From: Clostridia bacterium
Lineage (GTDB): Bacteria > Bacillota > Clostridia > Oscillospirales > Acutalibacteraceae
Direction of reading: 5' to 3'
NCBI GenBank assembly: GCA_017550105.1
Contig: JAFYLQ010000001.1
Span: 34,566 to 98,565, forward strand
DNA length: 64,000 nt
Of the stretch, positions 1 through 11,124 are shown one piece after another; the stretch's first letter is position 1; every line of letters begins with the position of its first letter. A program made the position numbers and the translations under genes. Under the pieces are notes generated by a model that was not told the origin of the DNA, did not search any database, and was given only the letters and a program-made list of their open reading frames with translations.

Positions 1-95
1 AACTTCACTTTTATTTTCAAATAAAAACTTCACTATGCTTTAGCAAAACTTCACTTTTTGTGCAACAAAAAACTTCACTTTCTTTCGGGCAGGGC
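1..95. repeat. Word-hairpin half-array: AACTTCACT x4 (1-9, 26-34, 47-55, 71-79) separated by short hairpins; truncated by the window edge
   Basis: Read directly from the sequence. Positions 48-79 recur at 49136-49167 with 1 mismatch. Confidence 0.7.
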
Positions 96-146
96 AAGTC
101 ACAGCCCCTACGGTGGGGGCATCGTACTTTCATATATCACAAAAGA

Positions 147-176
147 CCACCGCAGGAAAACTGCGGTGGCAACTAA
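147..176 (-). terminator. Rho-independent terminator after the ABC exporter operon
   Basis: Stem CCACCGCAG / CTGCGGTGG with a GAAAA loop. On the minus strand a T-rich tract follows it. Confidence 0.6.
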
Positions 177-2141
177 TTACGTCAGTTCAAACTGACCTGT
201 ATATAATTTATAGTATTTGCCCTGTTGCTCAATAAGGGTGTCGTGGTCGCCTTTTTCAATAATTTCGCCGTTTTCAAGTACCATAATGGCGTTTGAATTG
301 CGGACGGTTGAAAGTCTGTGGGCGATAACGAAAACTGTTTTGCCCTCCATAAGCGTATCCATACCCTTTTCGATAAGTCTTTCGGTACGGGTGTCGATGG
401 AGCTTGTTGCCTCGTCAAGAATAAGCACGGGCGGGTCGGCAACTGCCGCACGGGCAATGGCAAGTAACTGTCTTTGACCCTGTGAAAGGTTGGTGCCGTC
501 ACCTGTGAGCATTGTGTTATAGCCGTCGGGAAGTCGGGAAATAAAGCTATGAGCGTTGGCAATTTTTGCCGCCTTCACCACGTCCTCGTGGGTAGCGTCA
601 AGCTTACCGTAGCGGATATTTTCCTCAACAGTACCTGTGAAAAGGTGGGTATCCTGTAAAACCATTGCAAGGGAACGACGCAAATCGTCCTTTTTGATTT
701 TTTTGACGTTTATGCCGTCGTAGGTGATTTTACCCTCCTGAACGTCATAAAATCTGTTTATAAGGTTTGTGATTGTGGTTTTACCCGCACCGGTTGAGCC
801 AACGAAGGCGATTTTCTGACCGGGCTTTGCATAAAGGGAGACGTTCTTAAGAACGGTCTTTTTGCCGTCGTATGAGAAGGTAACGTCGTGGAATCTTACG
901 TCACCCTTAAGGAGCGTATAGGTAACGCTACCGTCTGCTGAGTGGGGGTGCTTCCAAGCCCACGTGCCCGTTCTTTCCTCTGCTTCGGTGATGTTGCCGT
1001 CTTCGTCAACTCTTGCATAAACAAGTGTAACGTAGCCGTCGTCCTCCTCGGGTGTGGAGTCGATTACGTCGAAGATTCTTTCGGCACCTGCAAGGGCGGC
1101 AAGAACACTGTTCATTTGCTGTGAAACCTGTGTAATGGGGTTTGAGAACTGACGTGTGTACTGAAGGAATGAGGCTAACGAGCCGATGGTGAGTGCACCC
1201 TGAAGACCGCCTAAGAATATACCTGCAGCGCCGTTCTGATATGCGCCTAAATCAAGAATAATAAAGGCGCCTAAAGCCGCAGAAAGAGCGAAGTTGATGT
1301 AAGAAATGTTACCCATAATGGGCATAAGAATACTTGCGAAGGTGTGTGCTTTGGTGGCGGCAACACGGTAGTTTTCGTTTATTTTAACAAAGTCATTTTT
1401 GGTTTCCTCCTCACGGCAGAAAACCTTTACAACCTTAAGACCCTCAATAAGCTCCTCGATGTAGCCGTTTACGCTACCAACCTCCATCTGCTGCTTGCGG
1501 AAGTACTTTGAGCTTCTGCCACCTATGAATTTGATTATCATAAGCATAATGAAAAGCATACCGATTATAAGGCAGGTGAGGGCGGGGCTGATGTAGAGCA
1601 TCATAAGGAAAATGCCCACCGCCATAACGCCCGAGGAAATAACCTGAATAAGACCGTTGCTGATTGCTTCACGTATGGTATCAACGTCGTTTGTGAAGCG
1701 GCTCATTAATTCACCGTGGGTGTGAGTGTCAAAATATTTAATGGGTAAATCCTGCAAATGGTCAAAAAGGTCACGTCTTAAAAGGTTGAGTGTCTTCTGT
1801 GAAACGTTGAGCATAAGACGTGCGTGAAGGTACTGCGCCAAGGCTCCTGCACCGTATAAAACGGCAAGGATTACAAGATATTTTATAACGTTTGTTAAGT
1901 CCGTTGAGCCTGTTTCAACCAAAAGACCGATTTCGTTTATGATGGGTGTTAAAAAGTACGTTCCTGCAATGTTTGCAACGGAGGAAAACAGTACTAAAAA
2001 TACAACAACCGCTAACAAGCCCTTGCTTTTTGCTACGTATGAAAGCAGTCTGCCCAATGTTTTGGCGGGGTTCTTGGGTTTTTCAAATTTCATTCTGGCA
2101 CCGGGGCCACCCTGTGGCTGTGCCTTTACTTTTTTAGCCAT
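177..2141 (-). CDS. ABC transporter, fused permease/ATP-binding subunit (heterodimeric multidrug-type exporter)
   Basis: 654 aa. N-terminal six-TM domain, Walker A GSTGAGKTT, signature LSQGQRQ, Walker B LILDEATS. Confidence 0.9.
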   Translation of the reverse strand: MAKKVKAQPQGGPGARMKFEKPKNPAKTLGRLLSYVAKSKGLLAVVVFLVLFSSVANIAGTYFLTPIINEIGLLVETGSTDLTNVIKYLVILAVLYGAGALAQYLHARLMLNVSQKTLNLLRRDLFDHLQDLPIKYFDTHTHGELMSRFTNDVDTIREAISNGLIQVISSGVMAVGIFLMMLYISPALTCLIIGMLFIMLMIIKFIGGRSSKYFRKQQMEVGSVNGYIEELIEGLKVVKVFCREEETKNDFVKINENYRVAATKAHTFASILMPIMGNISYINFALSAALGAFIILDLGAYQNGAAGIFLGGLQGALTIGSLASFLQYTRQFSNPITQVSQQMNSVLAALAGAERIFDVIDSTPEEDDGYVTLVYARVDEDGNITEAEERTGTWAWKHPHSADGSVTYTLLKGDVRFHDVTFSYDGKKTVLKNVSLYAKPGQKIAFVGSTGAGKTTITNLINRFYDVQEGKITYDGINVKKIKKDDLRRSLAMVLQDTHLFTGTVEENIRYGKLDATHEDVVKAAKIANAHSFISRLPDGYNTMLTGDGTNLSQGQRQLLAIARAAVADPPVLILDEATSSIDTRTERLIEKGMDTLMEGKTVFVIAHRLSTVRNSNAIMVLENGEIIEKGDHDTLIEQQGKYYKLYTGQFELT

Positions 2142-2156
2142 ATTTTCACTCCTTCC

Positions 2157-3962
2157 TTATTGTTCCATTTTGCTTTCCTGCTGTGAAAGGAAAACCTCTT
2201 TGTAAATTTCGTTTCGTTCAATAAGCTCCTCGTGGGTGCCGATGTCGTCAATTTTACCGTCGTCAAGAACGATTATCTTGTCGGCAAACTGTATGGAGTT
2301 AATTCGCTGGGCGATAATGATTTTTGTGGTTTCGGGTAAAAGGTTCTTCATTCCCTCACGGATTTTGCCGTCCGTTGCCGTGTCAACGGCACTTGTGGAG
2401 TCGTCAAGAATAAGAACCTTGGGCTTTTTGAGAATTGCTCGGGCAATACAAAGACGTTGCTTCTGACCGCCCGAAACGTTTACACCGCCCTGACCGAGGT
2501 CTGTATTATAGCCGTCAGGGAAGCTCATAACAAAATCGTCTGCCTGAGCGATTTTTGCCGCGGCACGTATTTCGTCAATTGTTGCATTTTCGTCACCCCA
2601 ACGAAGATTGTCTTCAATTGTGCCCGTGAAAAGAAGGTTTGTCTGAAGCACCATTGAAACGGCGTTGCGAAGGGTGTTTAATTTGTAGTCCTTAACGTTT
2701 TTACCGCCGACTAAAACCTCGCCCTCGCTTACGTCGTAAAGACGGGGAATAAGCTGCACAAGTGACGTTTTTGCACTACCCGTACCGCCTAAAATACCAA
2801 CGGTTTCGCCTGATTTTATAGTCAGGTTAATGTCCTTAAGAACGTTGTTTTCTGCCTGTTCACTGTATTTGAAGCAAACGCCCTTGAATTCAATGCTACC
2901 GTCCTTTACGGTTGCGGTTTCGTCACCGTTTTCATCCGTGATGTGGGATTTTTCGGTTAAAACCTCGTTGATACGTGACATTGAGGTTTTTGCCATAACG
3001 GACAGTACGAAAATCATCGACACAATCATAAGTGACATAAATATCTGCTGAATGTATGTGATGAAGCTCATAAGGTCGCCGAGATACATATTACCCTTAA
3101 GAATAAGACCGGCGCCAATCCAAAGAACAAGGATTATACAGCTGTATATTGAAGCCGCCATAATGGGGTTGTTGAGGATAATAAGCTTTTCGGCAAAGAT
3201 TGATGCATTCTTAAGCTCGTCGTTTGAAATACGGAACTTTTCCTTTTCGTGCTTTGCACGTACAAATGCCTTAACAACACGTGCACCGATAAGGGTTTCC
3301 TGAATGGAGTTGTTGAGCTTGTCGTACTTCTTGAACATTTTTTCAAAACGCTTGTGTGCGAATGAACCGATAAGAAGAATAAGAGCAAACATAATGGGTG
3401 CTATTGCAAGGAAAACAAGGGATAGCTTTTTGTTAATGGTGAACGCCATATAAATTGCCATACCGAACATAAGGGGTGAGCGTATGAGCATACGCAAAGC
3501 CATCATAAACGCCATCTGAACCATATTGATGTCGGTGGTCATTCTTGTAATGAGTGAGCCCGTTGAGAACTTGTCAACGTTTGAGAAGGAGAAGTCCTGA
3601 ATTTTATTGAAGATTCCCTTTCTGAGCTCTGCACCGAAGCCCATACCCGCCTTTGAAGCGAAGTAAGCGGCACTTGCACCGCAGGCAAGGGATATGAGGG
3701 ATATGCCGAACATAAGAGCACCCAAAGCAAGTATAAGCTCCGTGCCCTGATATTTGTCAAAGCCCATTTTAATAAGAATGTCTGCAATGAAGCTCTCCTT
3801 TTCGGCAAGGGACTGACCACTTATGCCGCAGTCGATAATAACCGACATCAAAAGGGGAATGGTAACCTCTATAAGAACCTCAAAGATAATTGCCACAGGG
3901 GACATAATAGCATAGCCCGTGTACTTTTTTGCATAACGCAAAAGATTTTTAATCATTGTCAA
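2157..3962 (-). CDS. ABC transporter, fused permease/ATP-binding subunit (partner of 177..2141)
   Basis: 601 aa. TM domain, Walker A GGTGSAKTS, signature VSGGQKQR, Walker B LILDDSTS. Confidence 0.9.
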   Translation of the reverse strand: MTMIKNLLRYAKKYTGYAIMSPVAIIFEVLIEVTIPLLMSVIIDCGISGQSLAEKESFIADILIKMGFDKYQGTELILALGALMFGISLISLACGASAAYFASKAGMGFGAELRKGIFNKIQDFSFSNVDKFSTGSLITRMTTDINMVQMAFMMALRMLIRSPLMFGMAIYMAFTINKKLSLVFLAIAPIMFALILLIGSFAHKRFEKMFKKYDKLNNSIQETLIGARVVKAFVRAKHEKEKFRISNDELKNASIFAEKLIILNNPIMAASIYSCIILVLWIGAGLILKGNMYLGDLMSFITYIQQIFMSLMIVSMIFVLSVMAKTSMSRINEVLTEKSHITDENGDETATVKDGSIEFKGVCFKYSEQAENNVLKDINLTIKSGETVGILGGTGSAKTSLVQLIPRLYDVSEGEVLVGGKNVKDYKLNTLRNAVSMVLQTNLLFTGTIEDNLRWGDENATIDEIRAAAKIAQADDFVMSFPDGYNTDLGQGGVNVSGGQKQRLCIARAILKKPKVLILDDSTSAVDTATDGKIREGMKNLLPETTKIIIAQRINSIQFADKIIVLDDGKIDDIGTHEELIERNEIYKEVFLSQQESKMEQ

Positions 3963-4428
3963 AAGCCTCCTTGTTTAAAACCTTGCTTATCTCTTCCCGT
4001 GTCAGCTTTTCTGAATCCAGATTATTGTGAAGCCTTACGAGAAGCCTGTGAAGTGTTTCTCTTTCCTCGGGGGTAAAATCTCTGAACATCGCTTCGTCCG
4101 TTGCATCGCAGATTTTTCTGAATTCCATAAAGGCGTCCTTGCCCTTTTGTGTAACGCTCAGATGATTTTTACGTGAATCCGTCTCGTCGGGTGTTCGGGT
4201 GATGAGCCCTGCTTTTTCGATACGCTTTATGCTGACGGCAATGCTTGCGGCAGAAATATGCATAGCCTCTGCAAGTTCCTTTTGTGTACAGGCATCGTGC
4301 TGCAGAACATAATCTAAAATCATCGGTTGCCCGAAATAAAGCCCGACGCTTGAAGCGGATTTTGTTATTCTGTAACGGTGAATTGCAGAAATAGAAATCA
4401 GCTCACAAACCAGCTTTCGCAGTTCCAT
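3949..4428 (-). CDS. MarR family transcriptional regulator
   Basis: 159 aa winged-HTH protein of MarR size and pattern. Its end overlaps the downstream ABC gene, so the three genes form an operon. Confidence 0.8.
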   Translation of the reverse strand: MELRKLVCELISISAIHRYRITKSASSVGLYFGQPMILDYVLQHDACTQKELAEAMHISAASIAVSIKRIEKAGLITRTPDETDSRKNHLSVTQKGKDAFMEFRKICDATDEAMFRDFTPEERETLHRLLVRLHNNLDSEKLTREEISKVLNKEAFDND

Positions 4429-4451
4429 TTTTACGCTCCCTTCAAAAATAG

Positions 4452-4463
4452 TTAAACGTTTAA
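4452..4463. promoter_or_regulatory. Perfect 12-bp palindrome TTAAACGTTTAA upstream of marR; candidate MarR operator
   Basis: The palindrome lies 24 nt upstream of the marR start codon, beside AT-rich -10-like sequence. Confidence 0.35.
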
Positions 4464-4764
4464 GTTAATGGTTAATATAATACCACTTTTCGGGGATTTA
4501 TTTTTACAAAAAAGAAAAAAAGAGAGTCTTTTTATATATTTATTAAAATAAAATACAATGAGAATTTACTGCAAAATGCTGTTTGCTAAAAATTTTCACT
4601 TTCCTTTAGTCGATTTTACACATATCCTTTGTACAAAATAACCAATGAATCGGGTGTAAATTTATAATGTCTTTGAACAAAATATAATAAAAAATATTGA
4701 AATGAAAAAATAAATTTGTTATCATTATATTGATATATCATAAAATTTTGAGGGTGGTGGCAGA

Positions 4765-6675
4765 ATGAAGAAGAAAACCGAGAATACAAACTATTCCGAC
4801 TTCCCCTTGTACGTGTTTCATCAGGGACGTAACTTTAAGGCACAGGAGCTTTTAGGTGCCCACAGGGTGGAGGAAAATAAGTATGTGTTCAGGGTTTGGG
4901 CACCTCACGCAACGGCGGTTTATGTAGTGGGCGACTTTAACGGTTGGAACGAAGGGAACGCACCTATGTCAAAATTAAACGACGCGGGGGTGTGGGAAAC
5001 TTACGTTGAAGGCGTTAAAAATTTTGACGCTTACAAATTTTTGATTTATACCCGTGACGGCGCAAAGCTTTATAAAGCGGACCCCTACGCATTCCACGCG
5101 GAGACAAGACCCGGTACAGCGTCAAAAATATTCAACAGTGAATATAAATGGCGTGATGGAAATTGGCTCAAAAAACGTAAACAGTCCTCCGTTTATAAAT
5201 CACCCGTAAATATTTACGAGGTTCACTTAGGCTCGTGGCGTATTTACGAGGACGGCAATACCTTAAGTTACCGTGACCTTGCTAAGGAATTGGTAGAGTA
5301 CGCGAAAAATATGGGATATACGCACATTGAGGTAATGCCCGTTGCGGAGCATCCCTTTGACGGGTCATGGGGTTATCAGGTTACGGGTTATTTTGCTCCT
5401 ACCTCCCGTTACGGTACACCCGACGATTTCAAATACTTTGTTGATGAATGTCACAAGGCAGGTCTCGGGGTAATTGTTGACTGGGTACCTGCCCACTTCC
5501 CCAAGGATGCTCACGGTCTTGCAAGCTTCGACGGTGAAGCCTGTTACGAATATGCGGATGTGAAAAAGGGCGAACACCTTCAGTGGGGTACAAAGGTCTT
5601 TGATTACGGCAGAAACGAGGTTCAGAGCTTCCTTATATCAAACGCCTGTTTCTGGCTGGAGGAATACCACATTGACGGTCTGAGAGTGGATGCGGTAGCA
5701 TCCATGCTCTATCTCGATTATGGCAGAGAGGACGGTCAATGGATTGCCAACGAAAATGGCGGTAACGAAAACCTTGAAGCTGTTGCCTTTATGAAGCTTC
5801 TTAACGAAACCGTTTTTAAAGAACACGGTGACGTTATGATGATAGCCGAGGAAAGCACCGCCTGGCCGATGGTTTCAAAGCCCGTGTTTATGGGTGGTCT
5901 CGGATATAACTTCAAGTGGAATATGGGTTGGATGAACGACATTCTCCGTTATTTTGCACTTGACGGATTTTTCAGAAAATATAATCACGATTTGATTACC
6001 TTCTCATTCTTCTACGCCTTCAGCGAGAACTTTGTGTTACCCATCTCCCACGACGAGGTGGTTCACGGCAAGGGCTCACTTATAAATAAAATGCCCGGTG
6101 ATTATAACGAGAAGTTTGCAGGTGTCAGGGCCTTTTTGGGCTATATGTACGCTCACCCCGGTAAGAAGCTTTTATTTATGGGCTCCGAATTCGGTCAGTT
6201 TATTGAGTGGGACTATAAAAAGGGGCTTGATTGGTTGCTTCTTGATTATGATATGCACCGTTTATTGCAGGGCTACACCAAGGAGCTTAACAAGTTCTAT
6301 AAAAAGAATGCACCAATGTGGCAGATAGATTACAGCTGGGAGGGCTTTAACTGGATAGTCAGCGACGATAATGCGAACTCCGTAATAGCCTTCGTCAGAA
6401 GTGATGAAAATGATGAAAAAATTGTTGCCGTTTGCAACTTCACACCGGTTTTAAGAGAGGATTATAAAATAGGTGTTCCCGAAGCGGACGGTTACGAAAT
6501 AGTTTTCAATTCCGATGCTTCAAAATACGGCGGCTCGGGTGAAAGGCTTAAAAAGAGCTATAAGTTAAAGAACGGCGCTATGCACGGCTACGATAACTAC
6601 ATAGAGCTTAAGCTTCCGCCAATGAGCACCATCTACCTTAAGCAGAAGAAAAATAAAAAAGCTGATAATAATTAA
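4765..6675 (+). CDS. glgB: 1,4-alpha-glucan branching enzyme
   Basis: 636 aa GH13 protein with motifs DWVPAHF, GLRVDAV, MIAEES and SHDEV. RBS GAGGGTGGTGG. Confidence 0.93.
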   Translation: MKKKTENTNYSDFPLYVFHQGRNFKAQELLGAHRVEENKYVFRVWAPHATAVYVVGDFNGWNEGNAPMSKLNDAGVWETYVEGVKNFDAYKFLIYTRDGAKLYKADPYAFHAETRPGTASKIFNSEYKWRDGNWLKKRKQSSVYKSPVNIYEVHLGSWRIYEDGNTLSYRDLAKELVEYAKNMGYTHIEVMPVAEHPFDGSWGYQVTGYFAPTSRYGTPDDFKYFVDECHKAGLGVIVDWVPAHFPKDAHGLASFDGEACYEYADVKKGEHLQWGTKVFDYGRNEVQSFLISNACFWLEEYHIDGLRVDAVASMLYLDYGREDGQWIANENGGNENLEAVAFMKLLNETVFKEHGDVMMIAEESTAWPMVSKPVFMGGLGYNFKWNMGWMNDILRYFALDGFFRKYNHDLITFSFFYAFSENFVLPISHDEVVHGKGSLINKMPGDYNEKFAGVRAFLGYMYAHPGKKLLFMGSEFGQFIEWDYKKGLDWLLLDYDMHRLLQGYTKELNKFYKKNAPMWQIDYSWEGFNWIVSDDNANSVIAFVRSDENDEKIVAVCNFTPVLREDYKIGVPEADGYEIVFNSDASKYGGSGERLKKSYKLKNGAMHGYDNYIELKLPPMSTIYLKQKKNKKADNN

Positions 6676-6705
6676 TTCATATAAATCGAAAGGAACGTGA
6701 CAACA

Positions 6706-7926
6706 ATGGCAAAAAAGACAGAATGTATTGCAATGCTTCTTGCAGGCGGTCAGGGCTCAAGACTGGGCGTTCTTACAAAAAACATTGCCAAGCCTGCCGT
6801 ACCCTACGGCGGTAAGTACAGAATTATTGACTTCCCCCTTTCAAACTGTGTAAACTCAGGTATTTACACCGTGGGTGTTCTTACACAGTACCAGCCCCTC
6901 GAACTTAACGAGTATCTCGGTAACGGCGGTCCCTGGGACCTTGACAGAGCAAACGGCGGCGTTCATATCCTTTCACCCTATCAGCAGATAGAGGGTACGG
7001 AGTGGTATAAGGGTACCGCTAATGCGATTTATCAGAATATTCACTTTATTGACAGATATAACCCCGAATACGTAGCAATTCTTTCAGGTGACCACATCTA
7101 CAAAATGGACTACGCTAAAATGCTTCAGTACCATAAGGAAAAGGATGCGGCTTGTACAATTGCTATGCTTGAGGTTCCGTGGGAGGAGGCTTCACGCTTC
7201 GGTCTTATGTTCACCGATGACGATGGCAGAATTACCGCATTTGAAGAGAAGCCCAAGAACCCCAAGAGCAACAAGGCTTCAATGGGTGTTTATATGTTCA
7301 CATGGTCAAAGCTTCGTCAGTATCTTATTGACGACGAAAACGACCCCGATTCATCAAACGACTTCGGTAAAAACGTTATTCCCGCAATGCACGAGGCAGG
7401 CGAAAGACTTTTCGCTTACGGCTTCGACGGTTATTGGAAGGACGTTGGTACAATCGACTCCCTTTGGGAAGCAAACCTTGACCTGCTTAATCCCAAGGCA
7501 AACATCGATTTAAGCGACCCCTCATGGAAGATTTACGGCAGAGGTAACGCTACTGCTCCTCAGTACGTATCAGACAAGGCACGGATTGAAAATTCAATTG
7601 CTTCGGCAGGTTGTGAAATTGAAGGTAAGATTGACTATTCAATTCTTTTCTCCGACGTTACTGTTGAAGAGGGCGCATTCGTTGATTATTCAATCGTTAT
7701 GCCCGGTGCAGTTATTAAAAAGGGTGCGGTTGTTCAATACGCAATGGTTGCGGAGAATGCCGTTATTGAAGAAGGTGCCGTAGTTGGTGAAAACCCCGAA
7801 AAATGCGACAACCTTGAAAACTGGGGCGTTAGCGTTGTTGGTGCCGGTGTTACTGTCGGCAAAAATGCAAAGGTTAAAGCACAGTCAATGATTTCAGAAG
7901 ATGTTAAGGAGGGCGAAACAGTATGA
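6706..7926 (+). CDS. glgC: Glucose-1-phosphate adenylyltransferase
   Basis: N-terminal [10 protein letters not shown] motif and a C-terminal left-handed beta-helix. I prefer the ATG at 6706, which follows RBS GAAAGGAA, over the GTG at 6697. Confidence 0.92.
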   Translation: MAKKTECIAMLLAGGQGSRLGVLTKNIAKPAVPYGGKYRIIDFPLSNCVNSGIYTVGVLTQYQPLELNEYLGNGGPWDLDRANGGVHILSPYQQIEGTEWYKGTANAIYQNIHFIDRYNPEYVAILSGDHIYKMDYAKMLQYHKEKDAACTIAMLEVPWEEASRFGLMFTDDDGRITAFEEKPKNPKSNKASMGVYMFTWSKLRQYLIDDENDPDSSNDFGKNVIPAMHEAGERLFAYGFDGYWKDVGTIDSLWEANLDLLNPKANIDLSDPSWKIYGRGNATAPQYVSDKARIENSIASAGCEIEGKIDYSILFSDVTVEEGAFVDYSIVMPGAVIKKGAVVQYAMVAENAVIEEGAVVGENPEKCDNLENWGVSVVGAGVTVGKNAKVKAQSMISEDVKEGETV

Positions 7927-9035
7927 TGCCGAAAAACGTACTCGGAATTGTTTACTCAAATTCCTATGATTCAAGCCTTGGTGCACTTACAGCAAGACGT
8001 ACAATGGGTTCAGTACCCTTTGGGGGCAGATACCGTCTTATTGACTTCCCTCTTTCAAACCTTGTAAACTGCGGTGTTACAAAGGTTGGCGTTATTGCAA
8101 ACGGTAACTTCCGCTCGCTTATGGACCACGTGGGAAGCGGCAGACCCTGGGACCTTTCAAGAAAGGTTGACGGCCTTACATTACTTCCTCCCTTTACACC
8201 TGCGGCAGTTGAAGCCACTAACAGAATCGACTCTTTAAGCAGAATAATGGACTTTATTTCCCACTCAAAGCAGGAATACGTGCTCCTTATGGACTCAAAC
8301 TTTGTGTGCAACACAGATTTGTCAAAGCTTTTCGATTTCCATTCAAAGAAGAATGCAGACATTACAATCGCTTATTGCACAGGCACACTTCCCAAGCTCA
8401 ATAACATTGCAGTTCTTGACGTGAACGAGGATGCAAAGGTTACTAACATCGGTATTGACGTTAAAACCGCTTCGGACGTTAACTATTCTGCAAACATTAT
8501 TCTTGTAAGAAAGGCCCTTCTTGAAAGACTTATCGGCGACGCTCAGAGCTACGCTTACCAGAGCTTTGAAAAGGACATTCTTCAGAAAAACGTTGCTACA
8601 CTTAATATTTACGGCTACAAGCTTTCTGAATGGAACTGCACAATCGACAGTATGAACACATATTTTGAGGCTAATATGAAGCTTCTTGAAAAGGCTAACA
8701 GAAAAGAGCTTTTCAATGATGAGGCTCCCGTATATACAAAGGTTCGTAACGATATGCCCGTTGTTTACGGCATTACCTCAAACTGCAAAAACTCGCTTAT
8801 TGCCGACGGTTGCCAGATAGAGGGTACAGTTAAAAACAGTATCGTTTTCCGTGGTGCAAGAGTTGCAAAGGGTGCAGTTGTTGAAAACTCAATCCTTATG
8901 CAGGACGCCTTCGTTGGTGAGGATGCAAAGCTTAACTGTGTTGTTATGGACAAAAATACGGTTATCACTCCCAAAAAGGTTCTTTCAGGTGACAAGAGCT
9001 ATCCCTTGTTCGTAGGTAAGGAAATCGTTATTTAA
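7923..9035 (+). CDS. glgD: Glucose-1-phosphate adenylyltransferase regulatory subunit
   Basis: 370-aa GlgC paralogue lacking the GGxGxRL motif. Translationally coupled to glgC (ATGA overlap). This is the usual Firmicute glgCD pair. Confidence 0.88.
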   Translation: MMPKNVLGIVYSNSYDSSLGALTARRTMGSVPFGGRYRLIDFPLSNLVNCGVTKVGVIANGNFRSLMDHVGSGRPWDLSRKVDGLTLLPPFTPAAVEATNRIDSLSRIMDFISHSKQEYVLLMDSNFVCNTDLSKLFDFHSKKNADITIAYCTGTLPKLNNIAVLDVNEDAKVTNIGIDVKTASDVNYSANIILVRKALLERLIGDAQSYAYQSFEKDILQKNVATLNIYGYKLSEWNCTIDSMNTYFEANMKLLEKANRKELFNDEAPVYTKVRNDMPVVYGITSNCKNSLIADGCQIEGTVKNSIVFRGARVAKGAVVENSILMQDAFVGEDAKLNCVVMDKNTVITPKKVLSGDKSYPLFVGKEIVI

Positions 9036-9049
9036 GGAGGAGAAATAAA

Positions 9050-10474
9050 ATGAAGGTTTTATATGCTGCAAGTGAAGCGTTACCCTTTATCGCCAGCGGT
9101 GGTTTAGGTGACGTTGCGGGTTCATTGCCCCAGGCACTCAGAAAAAGACTTATAGGTGCTCGTGTGGTTATGCCCCTTTACGATAATATTAAGCAAGAGC
9201 TTAAGGATTCAATGAAATTTATTACAAATATTTCCGTGCCCGTTGCCTGGCGTAGGCAGTATTGCGGAATATTTGAGGCAAGAGCCGGTGGTGTAATCTA
9301 TTATCTTCTTGATAATCAGTATTACTTCAAAAGGGATTCTCTTTACGGCTTCTATGACGATGCGGAGCGCTTCGCATTCTTCTCAAGAGCGATTCTTGAG
9401 ATTATTCCCCATATCGGCTTCAAGCCCGACATTATCCATTGTAATGACTGGCAGACTGCATTGACACCCGTTTATTACAGCACAATGTATGCGGATAAGC
9501 CCGGTTATGAGAACATCAAGACTGTTTTCACAATTCATAACATTCAGTATCAGGGTGTTTACGGTGAGGAGCTTCTTGATAACGTTGTGGGCATTAACCA
9601 CGCTCACAAAAACCTGCTTGAATATGACGGCACGGTTAACCTTATGAAGGGTGCTATTGAGTGCGCTAATCAGGTTACAACCGTTAGCCCCTCTTACGCT
9701 AAGGAAATTCTTGACCCTTGGTATTCCCACGGTCTTGACACAATCCTTAAAGAGCGTAGCTTCAAGCTCAGGGGTATTCTTAACGGTATTGACGTTATTA
9801 ACTACGACCCCGAAACCGACAAGGATATTTTCAAAAACTACAATTCCGAAAATATCCGCGGAAAATACGCTAATAAAACAGAACTCCAGAAGCTTTTAGG
9901 GCTTCCGGAGAAGAGTGATACTCCCGTTATGGGTATGGTTACAAGGCTTGTTTCACACAAGGGTCTTGACCTTTGCAAGGCTATTCTTGACGAGCTTCTT
10001 GCAACAACGGATATTCAGCTTGTGGTTCTTGGCTCGGGCGATTATCAGTATGAGGAATTCTTCCGTGGCCTTGCGGCTCGTTATCCCGAGCAGGTTGGCT
10101 TGTGCTTAGGCTTCATTCCCGACCTTGCACGAAAAATATATGCAGGTAGCGACCTGTTCCTTATGCCCTCAAAGAGTGAGCCCTGCGGTCTTTCACAGAT
10201 GGTGGCTCTTCGTTACGGCACAATCCCCATTGTTCGTGAAACAGGTGGTCTTCGCGACTCCGTTCGTGACAGTGGTGACGGCGAGGGTAACGGCTTCGTA
10301 TTCTCAAGCTACAACGCTCACGATATGCTCCACGCTATCAGAAGAGCTTGTGAGGGCTATGAGGATAAAGAGGGTTGGCAGATTCTTGTTAAACGTGCTA
10401 TGGACAGCGACAACAGCTGGGGTAAATCCGCCAACGAATATATAAGAATGTATAAGGAAGTTCTTAAGGGTTAA
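9050..10474 (+). CDS. glgA: Glycogen synthase (ADP-glucose type)
   Basis: 474 aa. N-terminal SEALPFIASGGLGDV (KTGGL-type) motif and GT5 architecture. Confidence 0.93.
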   Translation: MKVLYAASEALPFIASGGLGDVAGSLPQALRKRLIGARVVMPLYDNIKQELKDSMKFITNISVPVAWRRQYCGIFEARAGGVIYYLLDNQYYFKRDSLYGFYDDAERFAFFSRAILEIIPHIGFKPDIIHCNDWQTALTPVYYSTMYADKPGYENIKTVFTIHNIQYQGVYGEELLDNVVGINHAHKNLLEYDGTVNLMKGAIECANQVTTVSPSYAKEILDPWYSHGLDTILKERSFKLRGILNGIDVINYDPETDKDIFKNYNSENIRGKYANKTELQKLLGLPEKSDTPVMGMVTRLVSHKGLDLCKAILDELLATTDIQLVVLGSGDYQYEEFFRGLAARYPEQVGLCLGFIPDLARKIYAGSDLFLMPSKSEPCGLSQMVALRYGTIPIVRETGGLRDSVRDSGDGEGNGFVFSSYNAHDMLHAIRRACEGYEDKEGWQILVKRAMDSDNSWGKSANEYIRMYKEVLKG

Positions 10475-11064
10475 AGGTTACCCGAGGTTTTTCTTATAAT
10501 ATTTTCTATACCTTTAATGACGGCCTCGATGCTTTTTGGTTCGGGGCCGCCGTATCGTCTTGCATTAACAGTTTTTTCGGGGAAATCGTTAAGATATGAC
10601 TCGGTCAGTGCAAGAGATGCGTATTGTGCATTTTTGGGCGAAATTGTAAACCAACGCTTTGGTATATAGCCCTTTTGTGCAGCGGCAAAAAGAATACGGT
10701 ACAAGGTAATGGCATACAGAATATCTGCGGATTCACCCGCCTGTGAGGAACCTGCGTTCATTCTTTCGTGGGTCATAATAGCGGCACGGTAAATTGAACG
10801 GGTGTTGAATATGGAGTCCTCGTCACGGTCCTCAAGAGTGTTTGAGTCAAGACCCGTACGGCTCTGGGTTCTGCCGAGAATATAGTCGGTGGTAACTCCG
10901 TAGTAATCCGCAACCTTACATAAAAAGTCCATATTAAATTCACGTATACCCTTTTCGTAATGGGATAAAAGAGCCTGAGAAACCCCTAATTCAAGGGCGG
11001 CAACCTTCTGGCTAATGCCTTTTTCGGTTCTCAGTTCAACGAGCTTTTCGGAATAATTTGCCAT
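10471..11064 (-). CDS. XRE-family HTH transcriptional regulator with a C-terminal domain of unknown function
   Basis: 197 aa. N-terminal HTH_3 pattern (LRTEKGISQKVAALELGVSQALLSHYEKG). Confidence 0.8.
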   Translation of the reverse strand: MANYSEKLVELRTEKGISQKVAALELGVSQALLSHYEKGIREFNMDFLCKVADYYGVTTDYILGRTQSRTGLDSNTLEDRDEDSIFNTRSIYRAAIMTHERMNAGSSQAGESADILYAITLYRILFAAAQKGYIPKRWFTISPKNAQYASLALTESYLNDFPEKTVNARRYGGPEPKSIEAVIKGIENIIRKTSGNL

Positions 11065-11077
11065 TATCTAACACCTC

Positions 11078-11096
11078 ATTATACAGATTGTATAAT
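11078..11096. promoter_or_regulatory. 19-bp palindrome ATTATACAGATTGTATAAT (TATAAT on both strands); candidate operator/divergent promoter
   Basis: Lies between the XRE gene and the histidine-phosphatase operon. The identical 19-mer, as reverse complement, occurs at 30552..30570. Confidence 0.5.
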
Positions 11097-11124
11097 ATAT
11101 TACACTATCTTTCAGGAGAATGCA

